From positions 850,413 through 914,412 of the forward strand of contig BCGN01000009.1 of assembly GCA_001599295.1 (NCBI GenBank): a DNA stretch of 64,000 nucleotides, in the 5' to 3' direction. Of the stretch, positions 63,758 to 64,000 are shown in pieces; positions within the stretch are counted from its first letter, which is position 1, and the number at the start of each line of letters is the position of its first letter. A model generated the notes under the pieces. The model searched no databases and was not told the DNA's origin. It worked only from the letters and a program-made list of their open reading frames with translations. The position numbers and the translations under genes were made by a program. Source of the DNA: Sporopachydermia quercuum. Taxonomy: Eukaryota.

Positions 63758-64000
63758 CCCAAATAGGAAAGACCCTTTAAAGTTTGAATAAGCCCTGTGA
63801 GTTCAAAGTTCGATTTGAAATATTGAAGTTCAGCCGAAGTTCAGACGTATCCTAGAGACGATTGTGGAAATCGATATATAAACAACATATGAATGAAAGA
63901 AAAATAAAGAAACTTTGTCTATGACTTGTTTCCAATCAAGAACTACCATTAGACTTTTACGCTGAATAAAATATCAAAGTGTATTACTATCCGATGGTTC

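Overview
Budding-yeast (Saccharomycotina) nuclear chromosome segment, AT-rich, with scattered single-N ambiguities and one 230-N gap (43982-44211). CTG occupies invariant Leu positions, so the code is standard. I find 18 protein-coding genes and a tRNA-His(GUG). The genes are FKS1, RidA/MMF1, RPL34, NEO1, a DUF2415 WD-like gene, a FUS3-like MAPK, GAT1/AreA, HSP12, a SelW-like Rdx protein, an RGD3-like F-BAR/DEP/RhoGAP, a SOL1/SIC1-like CDK inhibitor, an EMP47-like lectin, a Zn2Cys6 TF, a USP-like protein, CDC37, an IHD1-like GPI protein, a VPS73/YBR241C-like MFS transporter and CPD1. Five are spliced; four of them are truncated or mis-started in the ORF track and HSP12 is missing from it. No intact mobile element or clearly novel multi-gene system is supportable. 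The best leads are a heavily base-paired non-coding region at 63.3-63.8 kb (candidate ncRNA), an eL34 that has lost 3 of 4 zinc ligands, a splicing pattern in which branch-proximal AGs are skipped, a Ste12-site cluster upstream of the MAPK, and a diverged Sic1/Sol1 orthologue. All family assignments come from recalled motifs, not database searches.
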